From positions 38,812 through 102,811 of the forward strand of contig CAJKHT010000001.1 of NCBI GenBank assembly GCA_905199755.1: a stretch of DNA of 64,000 bases, given 5' to 3'. This DNA comes from an uncultured Eubacteriales bacterium (lineage in GTDB: Bacteria > Bacillota > Clostridia > UBA1381). The notes below the pieces were generated by a model. The model did no database searches, had not been told where the DNA came from, and saw only the letters and a program-made list of their open reading frames with translations. A program made the position numbers and the translations under genes. Below, piece after piece: positions 1 through 9,869 of the stretch (its first letter is position 1; each line of letters starts with the position of its first letter).

Positions 1-1784
1 TTTTCGCCCTCGTCAAGCCCGAGCAAGCCCGGAAGATATTCTCCCATTGCACTCACCTTGCAGTCCGGCATGTCATAGGTTTTCATTTTGTATACATTGC
101 ATTTGTTTGAGAAGAACAGCATATCCGATATATTTGTCGTTTCTATCGTCTGTACTATTTCATCATCTTCTTTAAGCTTATGCTCCGTTGTCGTTGACCG
201 CAGAGACACGGCACTTACCTTTTTCAGATAATTTTCTCGGGTAAAAAATATCGTGAGCGCATAATCATTAATATGTTCTTCTTCTTTATACTCCGTAAGC
301 TCATCCTCCATGATAAGCTGCGTCTTTCGCGGCTGACCGTATTTCTTGACAATCTGATTAAGCTGTGCGGCAATAAGCTTCTTTACCTTTTTATCACTAG
401 ACAATGTTTCGTTCAGCTCTTCAAGCTCCTCCATAAGCTTTTCTATTTCAGCCGTTCTGCTTAAAATGTATTCCCGGTTTAAATATCTGAGCTTAATATC
501 CGCCACATATTCCGCCTGAATTTCATCAATACCGAACCCGTCCATCAAATTCGGGACTACGTCCTCATCACGTTCGGTATGACGTACTATTGATACAGCC
601 TTATCAATGTCAAGCAGAATTTTTTTAAGACCTGTCAGCAAATGCAGCTTTTCGCTCTTTTTTTCAATATCATATCTGATACTGTTTTTAATGCACTGCA
701 TTCTGAAATCAATCCAATAACCAAGTATTTCTCCGACACCCAAAACAACGGGGCGGTTATTTATCAACACATTGAAATTGCACGCAAAGCTGTCCTCAAG
801 AGGTGTAAGCTTATAAAGCTTCAGCATAAGATCATCGGGATTTGTACCTCTTTTAAGGTCAATTGTAATCTTAAATCCGTCAAGTCCGGTTTCATCACGC
901 GCATCGGAAATTTCTTTAAGTCTGTTTGCTTTTATAAGATCCATAATCTTCCCTATAATGGCTTCCGATGTTGTTGTATACGGAATTTCAGTGATTTCGA
1001 TGCAGTTATTTGCTTTATCGTAAACATACTTTGAACGCAGTTTAAAGCTTCCGCGTCCCGTTTCGTATATTTTGCGCATTTCTTTTTTGGAATATATAAG
1101 CTCTGCTCCCATTGAGAAATCGGGTGCCGGCATATATTCCATAATATCGGTGTTCTTATCCTTCATATAGGCAATGGTTGCCTCACAGGTTTCCTTAAGA
1201 TTAAACGAGCATATATTGCTCGCCATTCCTACGGCTATTCCCTGGTTCGGATTTACAAGGATATTCGGAAACGCCGCCGGCAGCAGCGTAGGCTCTTTCA
1301 TTTCCCCGTCATAGTTATCGACAAATTTAACCGTATTTTTGTTTATATCGCCGAAAAGCTCGGCACAAATAGGATCGAGGCGCACTTCCGTATATCTGGA
1401 AGCCGCATATGCCATATCTCTCGAATACTGTTTACCGAAATTACCCTGCGACTCGATAAGCGGATGCAGCAATGCTTCGTTTCCGCGCGTGAGTCTTACC
1501 ATTGTTTCATATATTGCGCTGTCACCGTGCGGATTAAGCTTCATCGTCTGACCTACAACGTTTGCGGATTTGGTAAGCTTTCCGCCCAAAAGCCCCATTT
1601 TATACATTGTATATAAAAGCTTTCTGTGTGCGGGCTTTAATCCGTCAATTTCCGGAATTGCACGAGAAACTATTACGCTCATTGCATACGGCATATAGTT
1701 TTTTTCAAGTGTCTCTGTAATCGGCTGTTCCTCTATCGGCGCCGAAATAATTATATCTTCTTCTGTTTTCTTCTTTCTTGCCAT
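1..1784 (-). CDS. Type IIA DNA topoisomerase subunit A (GyrA/ParC-like), N-terminal ~594 codons; the C-terminus lies beyond the window edge
   Basis: My own minus-strand translation from ATG 1784..1782 (GGAG RBS upstream): MARKKKTEED...NYMPYAMSVIVSRAIPEIDGLKPAHRKLLY...NPHGDSAIYETMVRL...AYAASRYTEVRL (catalytic-Tyr motif). Absent from the ORF track because it is open at the window edge. Confidence 0.9.
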   Translation of the reverse strand, partial: MARKKKTEEDIIISAPIEEQPITETLEKNYMPYAMSVIVSRAIPEIDGLKPAHRKLLYTMYKMGLLGGKLTKSANVVGQTMKLNPHGDSAIYETMVRLTRGNEALLHPLIESQGNFGKQYSRDMAYAASRYTEVRLDPICAELFGDINKNTVKFVDNYDGEMKEPTLLPAAFPNILVNPNQGIAVGMASNICSFNLKETCEATIAYMKDKNTDIMEYMPAPDFSMGAELIYSKKEMRKIYETGRGSFKLRSKYVYDKANNCIEITEIPYTTTSEAIIGKIMDLIKANRLKEISDARDETGLDGFKITIDLKRGTNPDDLMLKLYKLTPLEDSFACNFNVLINNRPVVLGVGEILGYWIDFRMQCIKNSIRYDIEKKSEKLHLLTGLKKILLDIDKAVSIVRHTERDEDVVPNLMDGFGIDEIQAEYVADIKLRYLNREYILSRTAEIEKLMEELEELNETLSSDKKVKKLIAAQLNQIVKKYGQPRKTQLIMEDELTEYKEEEHINDYALTIFFTRENYLKKVSAVSLRSTTTEHKLKEDDEIVQTIETTNISDMLFFSNKCNVYKMKTYDMPDCKVSAMGEYLPGLLGLDEGE

Positions 1785-1841
1785 AACTCACTCCTGCCTT
1801 CATATACGTCTAAAATTAAGCATTATTTTCCGCTCATAACA

Positions 1842-3857
1842 TTATGATAAATCAAGCATCTCCATATAAAGTCCGCCGTTGATGGCTATATAGTCCTTTC
1901 TGCTTGCAATGTTATCTCCGAGCAGAATTTCAAACATCTGTGCAGTACGTTCAAGACTTTCCGGCGTTACGCGTATAAGGCGTCTTGTTGCAGGGTGCAT
2001 TGTTGTAAGACTCATCATATCGGGTTGATTTTCGCCCAATCCCTTTGAACGCTTAATATCATATTCATCTTTTTCCTTTGAAAGTCCCGCTTCATTAAGA
2101 GCTGCGAGAATTTCATCCTTTTCCGCATCTGTATAGGCGAAATGCTTTTCGCCCTTGCGTTTTGTTTTCGTAACCGTTATTTCATAAAGCGGCGACTCCG
2201 CAATATACACCAGACCGGATTCAATAAGCGTAGGTGTAAGTCTGTAAAGCATCGTCAGAAGCAAGGTGCGAATCTGATAGCCGTCCACATCGGCATCGGT
2301 ACATATTATAACCTTGCTCCAGCGCAGGTTTTCAATATTAAAGCTGTCCAGCCCTTTGCTGCCGCTTTTTATTTCAACACCGCAGCCCAAAACCTTCATC
2401 AAATCCACGATTACATCGCTCTTAAAAATTCTCGGATAATCCGCTTTGAGACAGTTAAGTATTTTTCCGCGTATCGGCATTATTGCCTGGAAAGAAGCGT
2501 CCCGCGCAAGCTTACATGAGCCGAGAGCTGAATCTCCCTCAACAATGTACAGCTCGCGTTTTGAAGCATCTTTTGTGCGGCAGTCAACAAATTTCTCGAC
2601 ACGGTTTGTTACATCCATCGTGCCGGTCAGTTTTTTCTTAATATCTATACGTGCTTTTTCCGCATTCTCACGGCTTCGCTTATTGACAAGCACCTGATTG
2701 GCTATTTTTTCGGCATCGGCTTTGTTCTCTATGAAATAAACCTCCAGCTGATGCTTAAGAAAATCTGTCATTGCCTCTTGAATAAACTTGTTGTTTATTG
2801 CTTTTTTTGTCTGATTTTCATAGCTTGTCTGTGTAGAAAAAGAGTTTATTACCAATGCCAGACAATCGGCGACATCATTAAAATTTATTTTAGATTCATT
2901 CTTATTGTATTTATTATTACTTTTAAGGTATCTGTCGATTGCATAAACAAATGCGGTTTTTACCGCTTTGTCGGGTGAACCACCGTGCTCCAGCCAACTT
3001 GAATTATGATAGTATTCCAATACATTTACGGTATTTGAAAAGCAGAATGCCACTTGCATTTTCATTCTGTAATCGTCCTTGTCCTCACGGTCGCGTCCCG
3101 TTCTCTCACATTCCCAGCTTTCCACGGTGGTAAAAGCTTTATCTCCGACCGTTTCGCTTACATAATCAACAATGCCGTTTTCATAATAATATTCAAACAT
3201 TTCCAGACCTTCGTCCGTTTCGTTATACAAAACGAATTTCAGACCCGCGTTTACCATTGCCTGTTTATTGAGAGTATCCTTAAAGAACTCAACCGGAATA
3301 TTTATATCCGTAAAAACCTCCGTATCGGGACGCCATTTCTGGACAGTTCCCGTCTGCACGCTGCGGGTAGGCTCTTTTTCAAGCTCCCCTACCGGCTCTC
3401 CTTTTTCAAAATGCAGGGTGTATTTGGTTTTATCACGCACTACCGTTACATCCATGTATTCGGACGAATACTGTGTGGCACACGCACCGAGTCCGTTAAG
3501 TCCCAGGCTGTATTCATACATTCCGCCGTTATTGTTGTCATATTTGCCGCCGGCATACAGCTCACAGAATACCAGTTCCCAGTTATAACGCTGTTCTTTC
3601 TCATTATAATCCAAAGGAATACCCCTGCCGTGATCACGAACTTCGATTGAATTATCTTTAAAACGAGTAATTTCAATAAGAGAACCATATCCTTCCCTTG
3701 CTTCATCTATTGAGTTTGACAATATTTCAAAAAAAGAGTGTTCACACCCCTCAAGACCATCTGAGCCGAAAATTACCGCCGGACGTTTTCGCACTCTGTC
3801 TGCTCCTTTTAACGAAACTATCGAACCGTTTCCGTACTCATGTTTCTTCTTAGGCAT
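1842..3857 (-). CDS. Type IIA DNA topoisomerase subunit B (GyrB/ParE-like; GHKL ATPase + Toprim)
   Basis: 671 aa with EILSNSIDEA, RDHGRGIP, GLNGLGA lid, QTKKAI, Toprim ELYIVEGDSALGS, PIRGKILN and ICTDADVDGYQIRTLLLT. It lies directly upstream of the A subunit on the same strand. Confidence 0.9.
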   Translation of the reverse strand: MPKKKHEYGNGSIVSLKGADRVRKRPAVIFGSDGLEGCEHSFFEILSNSIDEAREGYGSLIEITRFKDNSIEVRDHGRGIPLDYNEKEQRYNWELVFCELYAGGKYDNNNGGMYEYSLGLNGLGACATQYSSEYMDVTVVRDKTKYTLHFEKGEPVGELEKEPTRSVQTGTVQKWRPDTEVFTDINIPVEFFKDTLNKQAMVNAGLKFVLYNETDEGLEMFEYYYENGIVDYVSETVGDKAFTTVESWECERTGRDREDKDDYRMKMQVAFCFSNTVNVLEYYHNSSWLEHGGSPDKAVKTAFVYAIDRYLKSNNKYNKNESKINFNDVADCLALVINSFSTQTSYENQTKKAINNKFIQEAMTDFLKHQLEVYFIENKADAEKIANQVLVNKRSRENAEKARIDIKKKLTGTMDVTNRVEKFVDCRTKDASKRELYIVEGDSALGSCKLARDASFQAIMPIRGKILNCLKADYPRIFKSDVIVDLMKVLGCGVEIKSGSKGLDSFNIENLRWSKVIICTDADVDGYQIRTLLLTMLYRLTPTLIESGLVYIAESPLYEITVTKTKRKGEKHFAYTDAEKDEILAALNEAGLSKEKDEYDIKRSKGLGENQPDMMSLTTMHPATRRLIRVTPESLERTAQMFEILLGDNIASRKDYIAINGGLYMEMLDLS

Positions 3858-3894
3858 AGACTTATCCTTTCATAACATTATTGATATTCTTTAT

Positions 3895-3923
3895 ATTTTA
3901 CCATACAAACATAGGTTTGTCAA
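3895..3923 (-). promoter_or_regulatory. Sigma-A-type promoter of the topoisomerase B/A operon
   Basis: Minus strand reads TTGACA (3923..3918), a 17-nt spacer, then TAAAAT (3900..3895). An ACAAAC-ATAG-GTTTGT palindrome overlaps the -35 and spacer. Confidence 0.5.
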
Positions 3924-4179
3924 ATTATATACGTGCTTTTTCTGTTAAATCCTTGTTACAAAAGCATTAATTTTCTATATTATGCCATAAAAAAACGTAT
4001 TTACTCACACATTAGAAATAAATTTCTCTGCTGGAATAAAATTTAACTGTTTTTTTTATTTACCTATTGTTTTACAGCATGTTTTGTGATAAAATAATAA
4101 TATAAATATTTTAACATGGAGAAAAGGCTTGGATACGGTGTGTTTTTAACCGCTTTCTTTCAGGCTTGGTTTTTGTAAA

Positions 4180-4698
4180 ATGAATCCTGCATATGTATAT
4201 CTGCAAATTTACAGAATGTTTGACCGCTGCACACCGCTGCGCGTGGACTGCGGCGAATTATGCGGCAGTGCATGCTGCAAAGGCGATGACTGCGGAATGT
4301 ATCTTTTCCCCGGCGAAGAAGAGGTTTATAAGCTTCTGTCGCCAGAACGGATTTCTGTTGAAAAATCCGATTTTTCATACACCGACAACGGAATAACGCA
4401 TTATGTACCTCTGGCAATGTGCAGCGGCAACTGTGACAGATACGAACGTCCGCTGGCATGCCGCATTTTCCCTCTGACGCCGTATATTGACGGCAGCGGA
4501 CAGCTGACAGTTATAATCGATCCCCGTGCCAAACGGCTCTGCCCTCTTGCAAAGGCTTTTTACATAGAAGATTTTGAGCGGGAATTCTTCAAAAAAATTC
4601 ACAATACTTTTCTGCTGTTAACAAAGAACCGCCGCATACGGTCATTTATGAGGGAATACAGCTTATATCTTGAAGAATTTATGCGATTTTACAAATAA
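4180..4698 (+). CDS. YkgJ/UPF0153-type cysteine-cluster (putative Zn/Fe-binding) protein
   Basis: 172 aa with an N-terminal CxxxxxxCGxxCGxxCC cluster (CTPLRVDCGELCGSACC) and further Cys pairs. The RBS is weak, so the start is uncertain. Confidence 0.55.
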   Translation: MNPAYVYLQIYRMFDRCTPLRVDCGELCGSACCKGDDCGMYLFPGEEEVYKLLSPERISVEKSDFSYTDNGITHYVPLAMCSGNCDRYERPLACRIFPLTPYIDGSGQLTVIIDPRAKRLCPLAKAFYIEDFEREFFKKIHNTFLLLTKNRRIRSFMREYSLYLEEFMRFYK

Positions 4699-4725
4699 TT
4701 TTACATTAAATACAGGGGGTAAAAT

Positions 4726-6483
4726 ATGAACGAAGAAAACAATGCGCCGGATTTTGGGGCCGACGCTCCCACGATTGTAGGAAAGCAAGCGGAGGAAATC
4801 AAAGAAGCAGTTTCAGCGGCCGAGGACATGGATGCGACAAAAGTTCTGCCGAAGCTGCCGGAAATTAATCATGAAGAGGATTTACCGGATGATGACGGAA
4901 ACGAGGATGACTTTGATGATTTTTCCGGAGAACCCGAAGCGGCATCTGTTCAAAAATCCGAAACGGGAACAAAAACACAGGAGACAAAAAATGATGATTT
5001 TACAAATCCGCCACCCGAGACAATAAAAAAACATTTTTGGAAAAATACAGGAAAAATCCTTGCCGTAATCGGAGGTGTGGCAGCCGTATCGGTTATTGCA
5101 CTGTTTATTGTTGCATCGGTTAAAAATCCGTCAAATACCGTTGCCCGAAATGTGTGGGTAGGCGATTTGAATGCAGGCGGATTATCATACGAAGATGTAC
5201 TTGCGGCAATTGAAGCATCCGACTTAATGAGTGCAAAAAAAATCAAGCTTAAATGCAATGACAAATATTACGTATTTGACGGTGCGGATGTAGGCTCTGC
5301 CGCCAATGCCGAAGAAACCGCGAAATCCGCATTTGATTACGGGAAATCGGGTAATTTTCTTAAAGACGGCTTTGACGGAATAAAGCTTCTTTTTTTCAAA
5401 AAAGTACTTCCGCCCACCTCCGAACTGAATACCGATATGCTCGCAGAAGTACTGCAGCGCTTCGGAACCGATATTTACGGGGAATTAAAGCAGCATTCCG
5501 TTGAATTTCCCGATAATACCGCGGCTGTTGTGACTCCGGGACATACAGGATTTGACGGTGATGTTTCAACGGCACTTAAGGAAGTTGAGGAGGCTTTTTC
5601 AAAAGCGCAGTATGACTGCATAAGCGTAACCTTGAAAAGCGCACCGCCCGATGATTTTACAATAGAAACCTTTGATAATATTTGTTACAAAGACCCTGTC
5701 GATGCATATTATGAGGTTAAAAATAATACGGTAAATATCATTCCCGAACAGAACGGACGGTATATCAAAAAAGAGGAAGCCGCGGCATATCTTCCTCTGA
5801 TTAAGGAGGGCGGCGAAGCTGTCAGCGTACCCGTGTATCCGGCATATGCGGATATTACCGCCGAAATGTTAAAAGAAAAGCTTTTTGCGGATACACTCGG
5901 TTCGTATTCAACATATTACGGTTCTTCAAATTCAAACCGCCGTGCAAATGTTGCACGCGCAGCAAGCCTTATGAACGGTAAAGTACTTGCTCCGGGTGAA
6001 GTATTTTCATTTAATGACACCGTAGGTCCCAGAACTGTCGGAAACGGTTTTTATACCGCCAAAGAGTATGTCAACGGCGAAAGCGTGGACGGCATAGGCG
6101 GCGGCACGTGTCAGGTAAGTACTACGCTTTATTCCGCGGTACTCTATGCGGACATGGGAATTGTACAGCGTGAAAATCATATGATGACAATTGGCTACGC
6201 ACCGCTCGGTCAGGATGCTACGGTAGCATACGGCAGTGTTGATTTTAAATTTAAAAATACCAGTGATGCACCAATTAAGCTTGTTACGCGCGCGGACGGT
6301 TCAAATATCACTGTTTCGGTCATCGGTACCGCATGGAATCCAGCACGCGAGGTCAAGCTGTTCCACACCACCTCACAGTCGGGAGAAAATACTGTAGTTC
6401 AATCGGTAAGAAAGGTCTATTCAAACAATGAGCTTATCTCTACCGACAAGCTCGGAACAAGCGTATATAAACCTCACAAATAA
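4726..6483 (+). CDS. VanW-domain protein with an acidic N-terminal region and one TM helix
   Basis: 585 aa; GGGGG RBS; TM segment ILAVIGGVAAVSVIALFIV; C-terminal VanW-like block NRRANVARAASLMNGKVLAPGEVFSFND...GGGTCQVSTTLY. Confidence 0.8.
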   Translation: MNEENNAPDFGADAPTIVGKQAEEIKEAVSAAEDMDATKVLPKLPEINHEEDLPDDDGNEDDFDDFSGEPEAASVQKSETGTKTQETKNDDFTNPPPETIKKHFWKNTGKILAVIGGVAAVSVIALFIVASVKNPSNTVARNVWVGDLNAGGLSYEDVLAAIEASDLMSAKKIKLKCNDKYYVFDGADVGSAANAEETAKSAFDYGKSGNFLKDGFDGIKLLFFKKVLPPTSELNTDMLAEVLQRFGTDIYGELKQHSVEFPDNTAAVVTPGHTGFDGDVSTALKEVEEAFSKAQYDCISVTLKSAPPDDFTIETFDNICYKDPVDAYYEVKNNTVNIIPEQNGRYIKKEEAAAYLPLIKEGGEAVSVPVYPAYADITAEMLKEKLFADTLGSYSTYYGSSNSNRRANVARAASLMNGKVLAPGEVFSFNDTVGPRTVGNGFYTAKEYVNGESVDGIGGGTCQVSTTLYSAVLYADMGIVQRENHMMTIGYAPLGQDATVAYGSVDFKFKNTSDAPIKLVTRADGSNITVSVIGTAWNPAREVKLFHTTSQSGENTVVQSVRKVYSNNELISTDKLGTSVYKPHK

Positions 6484-6544
6484 TATATCATAAAAAGCTG
6501 CTTCATCAAACGGGCGGCTTTTTATATGTTTTTGCTTTTATCTA

Positions 6545-6572
6545 TTGACTTTTTCTTATTAACGGGTATAAT
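6545..6572 (+). promoter_or_regulatory. Sigma-A-type promoter of the MATE gene
   Basis: TTGACT (6545..6550), 16-nt spacer, TATAAT (6567..6572). Confidence 0.45.
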
Positions 6573-6627
6573 AGTATAAGCTGAGAAATTTATCATTGCC
6601 GTATACGCGGCGGAACGGAGGAATGAA

Positions 6628-8016
6628 ATGCAAAATAAATCATACGAAATAGATATGTGCCACGGTCCTTTGCCGAAAAAGCTTATACTTTTTTCGCTGC
6701 CGCTTATGCTTTCGGGAATGCTACAGCTGCTTTTCAATGCCGCAGATGTAATTGTAGTCGGAAGATTTGCTGGCAGTGAAGCTTTGGCAGCCGTTGGCTC
6801 TACGGGCTCTCTTATAACATTGATAACAAATTTATTTATAGGGCTTTCAGTCGGCGCAAATGTCATTGTTGCACATGCATTCGGAACAAAAAACTATAAG
6901 AGCATATCGGAAATTGTCCACACTGCTATGCTGCTGAGCTTTGTAAGCGGTATTTTCCTTGCTGTTATAGGTGTTTTTATCGCAAGATTTGCACTTGAAC
7001 TTATGAGTTCGCCTGAGGATGTAATTGATTTGTCCGCATTGTATCTGAAAATATATTTCATGGGCATGCCGGCAACACTCGTTTATAACTTCGGAAGCGC
7101 TATACTCCGCGCCGAGGGTGATACACGCCGTCCCCTTTACATACTCTGTCTTGCAGGAATAGTAAATGTAATATTAAATCTGTTCTTTGTAATAGTATGC
7201 AATCTGTCGGTTGCCGGAGTTGCTATTGCAACAGTCACCTCGCAGGTGATTTCCGCCATATTGATTGTACGCTGTCTTATGACCGAAAAAAGCAGTGTAA
7301 AGCTTGATTTAAGGCGTCTTAAAATTCACAAAAACAGACTTATTCAAATATTGAAAGTCGGATTGCCGGCAGGCTTGCAGGGTATAGTATTTTCACTTTC
7401 GAATATAGTCATGCAGTCCGCAATAAATTCATTCGGTTCCGATACCATGGCAGGAAATGCGGCAGCGGCAAGTATTGAGGGATTTATTTATGTTGCCATG
7501 AACTCATTTTTTCATACATCGCTCACCTTTACGGGACAGAATTACGGTGCAGGTCAATACAAGCGTGTATTTAAAGTCTTTTTGATGTGCATAGCCTTTG
7601 TCACGGTAACAGGTCTCAGTCTGGGACTTATTGCATTGACTTTCGGTCATACGCTGCTCGGCATATATTCTCAAAAACCCAGCGTAATCAGCCAGGGACT
7701 TATTCGTATGAAATACATATGTCCGTTATACTTTCTGTGCGGAACAATGGATGCGGCGGTCGGCAGTATGCGAGGTCTCGGACGCTCTATGCTCCCGACA
7801 ATTACATCACTTCTCGGTGCATGCGTTTTCAGAATGATATGGATTTTTACAATATTCAGCAATCATCACACACTGAATTGCCTTTATGTAATCTATCCTC
7901 TAAGCTGGGGTGTAACTTTCGGCGCAAATCTGCTTTGCTTCATGGTGATATACAGAAAACTTATAAAACAGGCAATAAGCTCAATGCATCACGGCAAGAC
8001 CGCAGCAGCAAAATAA
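6628..8016 (+). CDS. MATE family efflux transporter
   Basis: 462 aa, about 12 TM segments, GGAGG RBS, and a typical MATE N-terminus (LPLMLSGMLQLLFNAADVIVVGRF). Confidence 0.85.
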   Translation: MQNKSYEIDMCHGPLPKKLILFSLPLMLSGMLQLLFNAADVIVVGRFAGSEALAAVGSTGSLITLITNLFIGLSVGANVIVAHAFGTKNYKSISEIVHTAMLLSFVSGIFLAVIGVFIARFALELMSSPEDVIDLSALYLKIYFMGMPATLVYNFGSAILRAEGDTRRPLYILCLAGIVNVILNLFFVIVCNLSVAGVAIATVTSQVISAILIVRCLMTEKSSVKLDLRRLKIHKNRLIQILKVGLPAGLQGIVFSLSNIVMQSAINSFGSDTMAGNAAAASIEGFIYVAMNSFFHTSLTFTGQNYGAGQYKRVFKVFLMCIAFVTVTGLSLGLIALTFGHTLLGIYSQKPSVISQGLIRMKYICPLYFLCGTMDAAVGSMRGLGRSMLPTITSLLGACVFRMIWIFTIFSNHHTLNCLYVIYPLSWGVTFGANLLCFMVIYRKLIKQAISSMHHGKTAAAK

Positions 8017-8046
8017 TGCCACCAAATTCCAAAAAATAAATTACAT

Positions 8047-8103
8047 AAAACTCCTTTTATTGCAAACACTAACTATGTACAAAATTTAAAAGGAGTTTTT
8101 TTC
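8047..8103 (+). terminator. Intrinsic terminator after the MATE gene; its 3' arm contains the spoVT Shine-Dalgarno
   Basis: Perfect 12-bp stem AAAACTCCTTTT (8047..8058) / AAAAGGAGTTTT (8088..8099), 29-nt loop, then a T-run up to 8103. Confidence 0.5.
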
Positions 8104-8107
8104 TATT

Positions 8108-8644
8108 ATGAAAGCAACAGGAATAGTAAGAAGAATAGATGATTTGGGGCGAGTTGTTATTCCGAAAGAAATAAGAAGAACAATGCGCATTCGCGAAGGA
8201 GATCCGCTTGAAATTTACACCGAAAAAGACGGCGAAGTAATTTTCAAAAAATACTCTCCCATAGGTGAGCTTGGTGATTTTGCTGCAAATTACGCAGATA
8301 CTCTTGCACAGGCAAGCGGTCACGGAGCATGCATAACAGACCGTGACAGCGTTATTGCGGTTGCGGGTGTTCCGAAAAAAGAGCTGATCGAAAAGCCGGT
8401 CTCGGCAGAGCTTGAAAATGTTATGAACGACAAAATAAGTGTTACGTATGAATCGGGTAAAATAATTCACGTAGCAGACGGCAATGATAAATATAATGCC
8501 GGAGTAGTTGTTCCTATTGTTTCCGAGGGTGATACAATCGGTTCCGTGCTCTTTATCATGAAGGACGGAGAACGTCCGTCAGAGGTCGAAAGCAAGCTTG
8601 CGGAATCTGCCGCAGGATTTTTGGGCAGGCACATGGAGGGTTAA
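8108..8644 (+). CDS. spoVT: Stage V sporulation protein T (AbrB-family SpoVT regulator)
   Basis: 178 aa. The N-terminus MKATGIVRRIDDLGRVVIPKEIRRTMRIREGDPLEIY is the SpoVT/AbrB swapped-hairpin motif, and a GAF-like C-terminal half follows. Confidence 0.9.
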   Translation: MKATGIVRRIDDLGRVVIPKEIRRTMRIREGDPLEIYTEKDGEVIFKKYSPIGELGDFAANYADTLAQASGHGACITDRDSVIAVAGVPKKELIEKPVSAELENVMNDKISVTYESGKIIHVADGNDKYNAGVVVPIVSEGDTIGSVLFIMKDGERPSEVESKLAESAAGFLGRHMEG

Positions 8645-8702
8645 GCTTGGTTTTCAGCAAAAAAACAGACCTCACGGTCAAGGTACGATGTTCATGAGAA
8701 AA

Positions 8703-8746
8703 TAAAATTCCGCAGGATTGAAAAAAAGTCTTGCGGAATTTTATTT
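8703..8746. terminator. Bidirectional hairpin between the convergent spoVT and ruvC genes
   Basis: AATTCCGCA...TGCGGAATT stem flanked by an A-run and a T-run. Confidence 0.5.
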
Positions 8747-8754
8747 ATCGGGTA

Positions 8755-9258
8755 TTATTTAACGCCGTTTAAACCCAACATATTATTCATTTTATTTGAA
8801 TGTGCATGGCATATTGCCAAAGCAAGCGCGTCTGCCGCATCATCGGGTTTCGGAATTGCATTAAGCCCCAGAATCATCTTCACCATCTGCTGTATCTGCT
8901 GCTTCTGAGCACGTCCGTATCCTGTAACACTTTGCTTTACCTGCAGCGGTGTGTATTCACTTATCGGTATATTATGATTTGCCGCCGCCACAAGAAGTAC
9001 TCCCCTCGCCTGCGCCACATTTATAGCGGTTTTCTGGTTTGAATTAAAAAACAATTCCTCAATTGATATGCAGTCGGGCTTGTATTTTTCTATGTAAAGC
9101 TCCATTTCATCATATATTTTTTTCAGTCTTGCAACGGTATTCATTCCTGCAGGGGTTGTTATTGCGTTATATTCCAAAGTTCTGAATTTATTACCGACAT
9201 ACTCCACAACGCCTATACCCACAATAGCATATCCCGGATCTATTCCTATAATAATCAT
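8755..9258 (-). CDS. ruvC: Crossover junction endodeoxyribonuclease RuvC
   Basis: 167 aa with [18 protein letters not shown]... and ...[13 protein letters not shown], the RuvC catalytic-acid motifs. Confidence 0.9.
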   Translation of the reverse strand: MIIIGIDPGYAIVGIGVVEYVGNKFRTLEYNAITTPAGMNTVARLKKIYDEMELYIEKYKPDCISIEELFFNSNQKTAINVAQARGVLLVAAANHNIPISEYTPLQVKQSVTGYGRAQKQQIQQMVKMILGLNAIPKPDDAADALALAICHAHSNKMNNMLGLNGVK

Positions 9259-9845
9259 TATTTCTTGCTGTCCTTTTTAACATATACAAAGGATAAGAGC
9301 TTATCCGATATATAAAACTTTTTGCATGATGCAATATAGCCGAGCGTTGTAGCGGCAATCGGAGTAATGAGCATAATTGCAAGACCGTACCAGGGCACTT
9401 CACCGCCGGCATCGCCCAGAAATCCGAAAAACGGAAAATTCCAGAACAAAAATACTGCATTTAATGCAATTGCCTGCCAGCTTTGCAGTACTCCGTCACT
9501 GCTGAAATTCGCCCACACAAGCTTGTAGCATATAAACAATATAAGCGTTATGCATGCAATCATAACCCCGAATAATACCCCTTTGCGGTAATCGGGCTTA
9601 AGCGGTGTGTAGGATTTATTATCATGAGCCGCTGCATTCCCCGCCGCCGAGTACATCATAGAAAAATACACCAGCGAAAATACAATTCCGGCAATGATTT
9701 TCAGAAGTGTTTTTTCAAACATGAAACTGAATGCCAGAAGCTGCAATACCGCAGCAATAAAAACCGCCGCCAAATGATTCAGCAGCATGTGTCTGTATTG
9801 ATAACCTACCGTAATTTTTGATTTATCTTTCATAATTCTCTCCAT
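9258..9845 (-). CDS. Hypothetical polytopic membrane protein (5-6 TM), family not recognised
   Basis: 195 aa and hydrophobic. Its stop overlaps the ruvC start by 1 nt, suggesting translational coupling. Confidence 0.5.
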   Translation of the reverse strand: MERIMKDKSKITVGYQYRHMLLNHLAAVFIAAVLQLLAFSFMFEKTLLKIIAGIVFSLVYFSMMYSAAGNAAAHDNKSYTPLKPDYRKGVLFGVMIACITLILFICYKLVWANFSSDGVLQSWQAIALNAVFLFWNFPFFGFLGDAGGEVPWYGLAIMLITPIAATTLGYIASCKKFYISDKLLSFVYVKKDSKK

Positions 9846-9869
9846 TCTGCCGCGTGTCTGCGGCTCATT

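Noticed and set aside
2142-3650. Multiple + strand ORFs (64-198 aa) and one same-strand off-frame ORF (3446..3706, -) inside the topoisomerase B gene.
   Set aside because: All are nested in or antisense to a 671-aa ORF with full type IIA motifs, so they are spurious.
4160-4602. Minus-strand ORFs of 99 aa and 75 aa overlapping the YkgJ-like gene.
   Set aside because: They are antisense to a Cys-cluster ORF with a recognisable family pattern and have no RBS.
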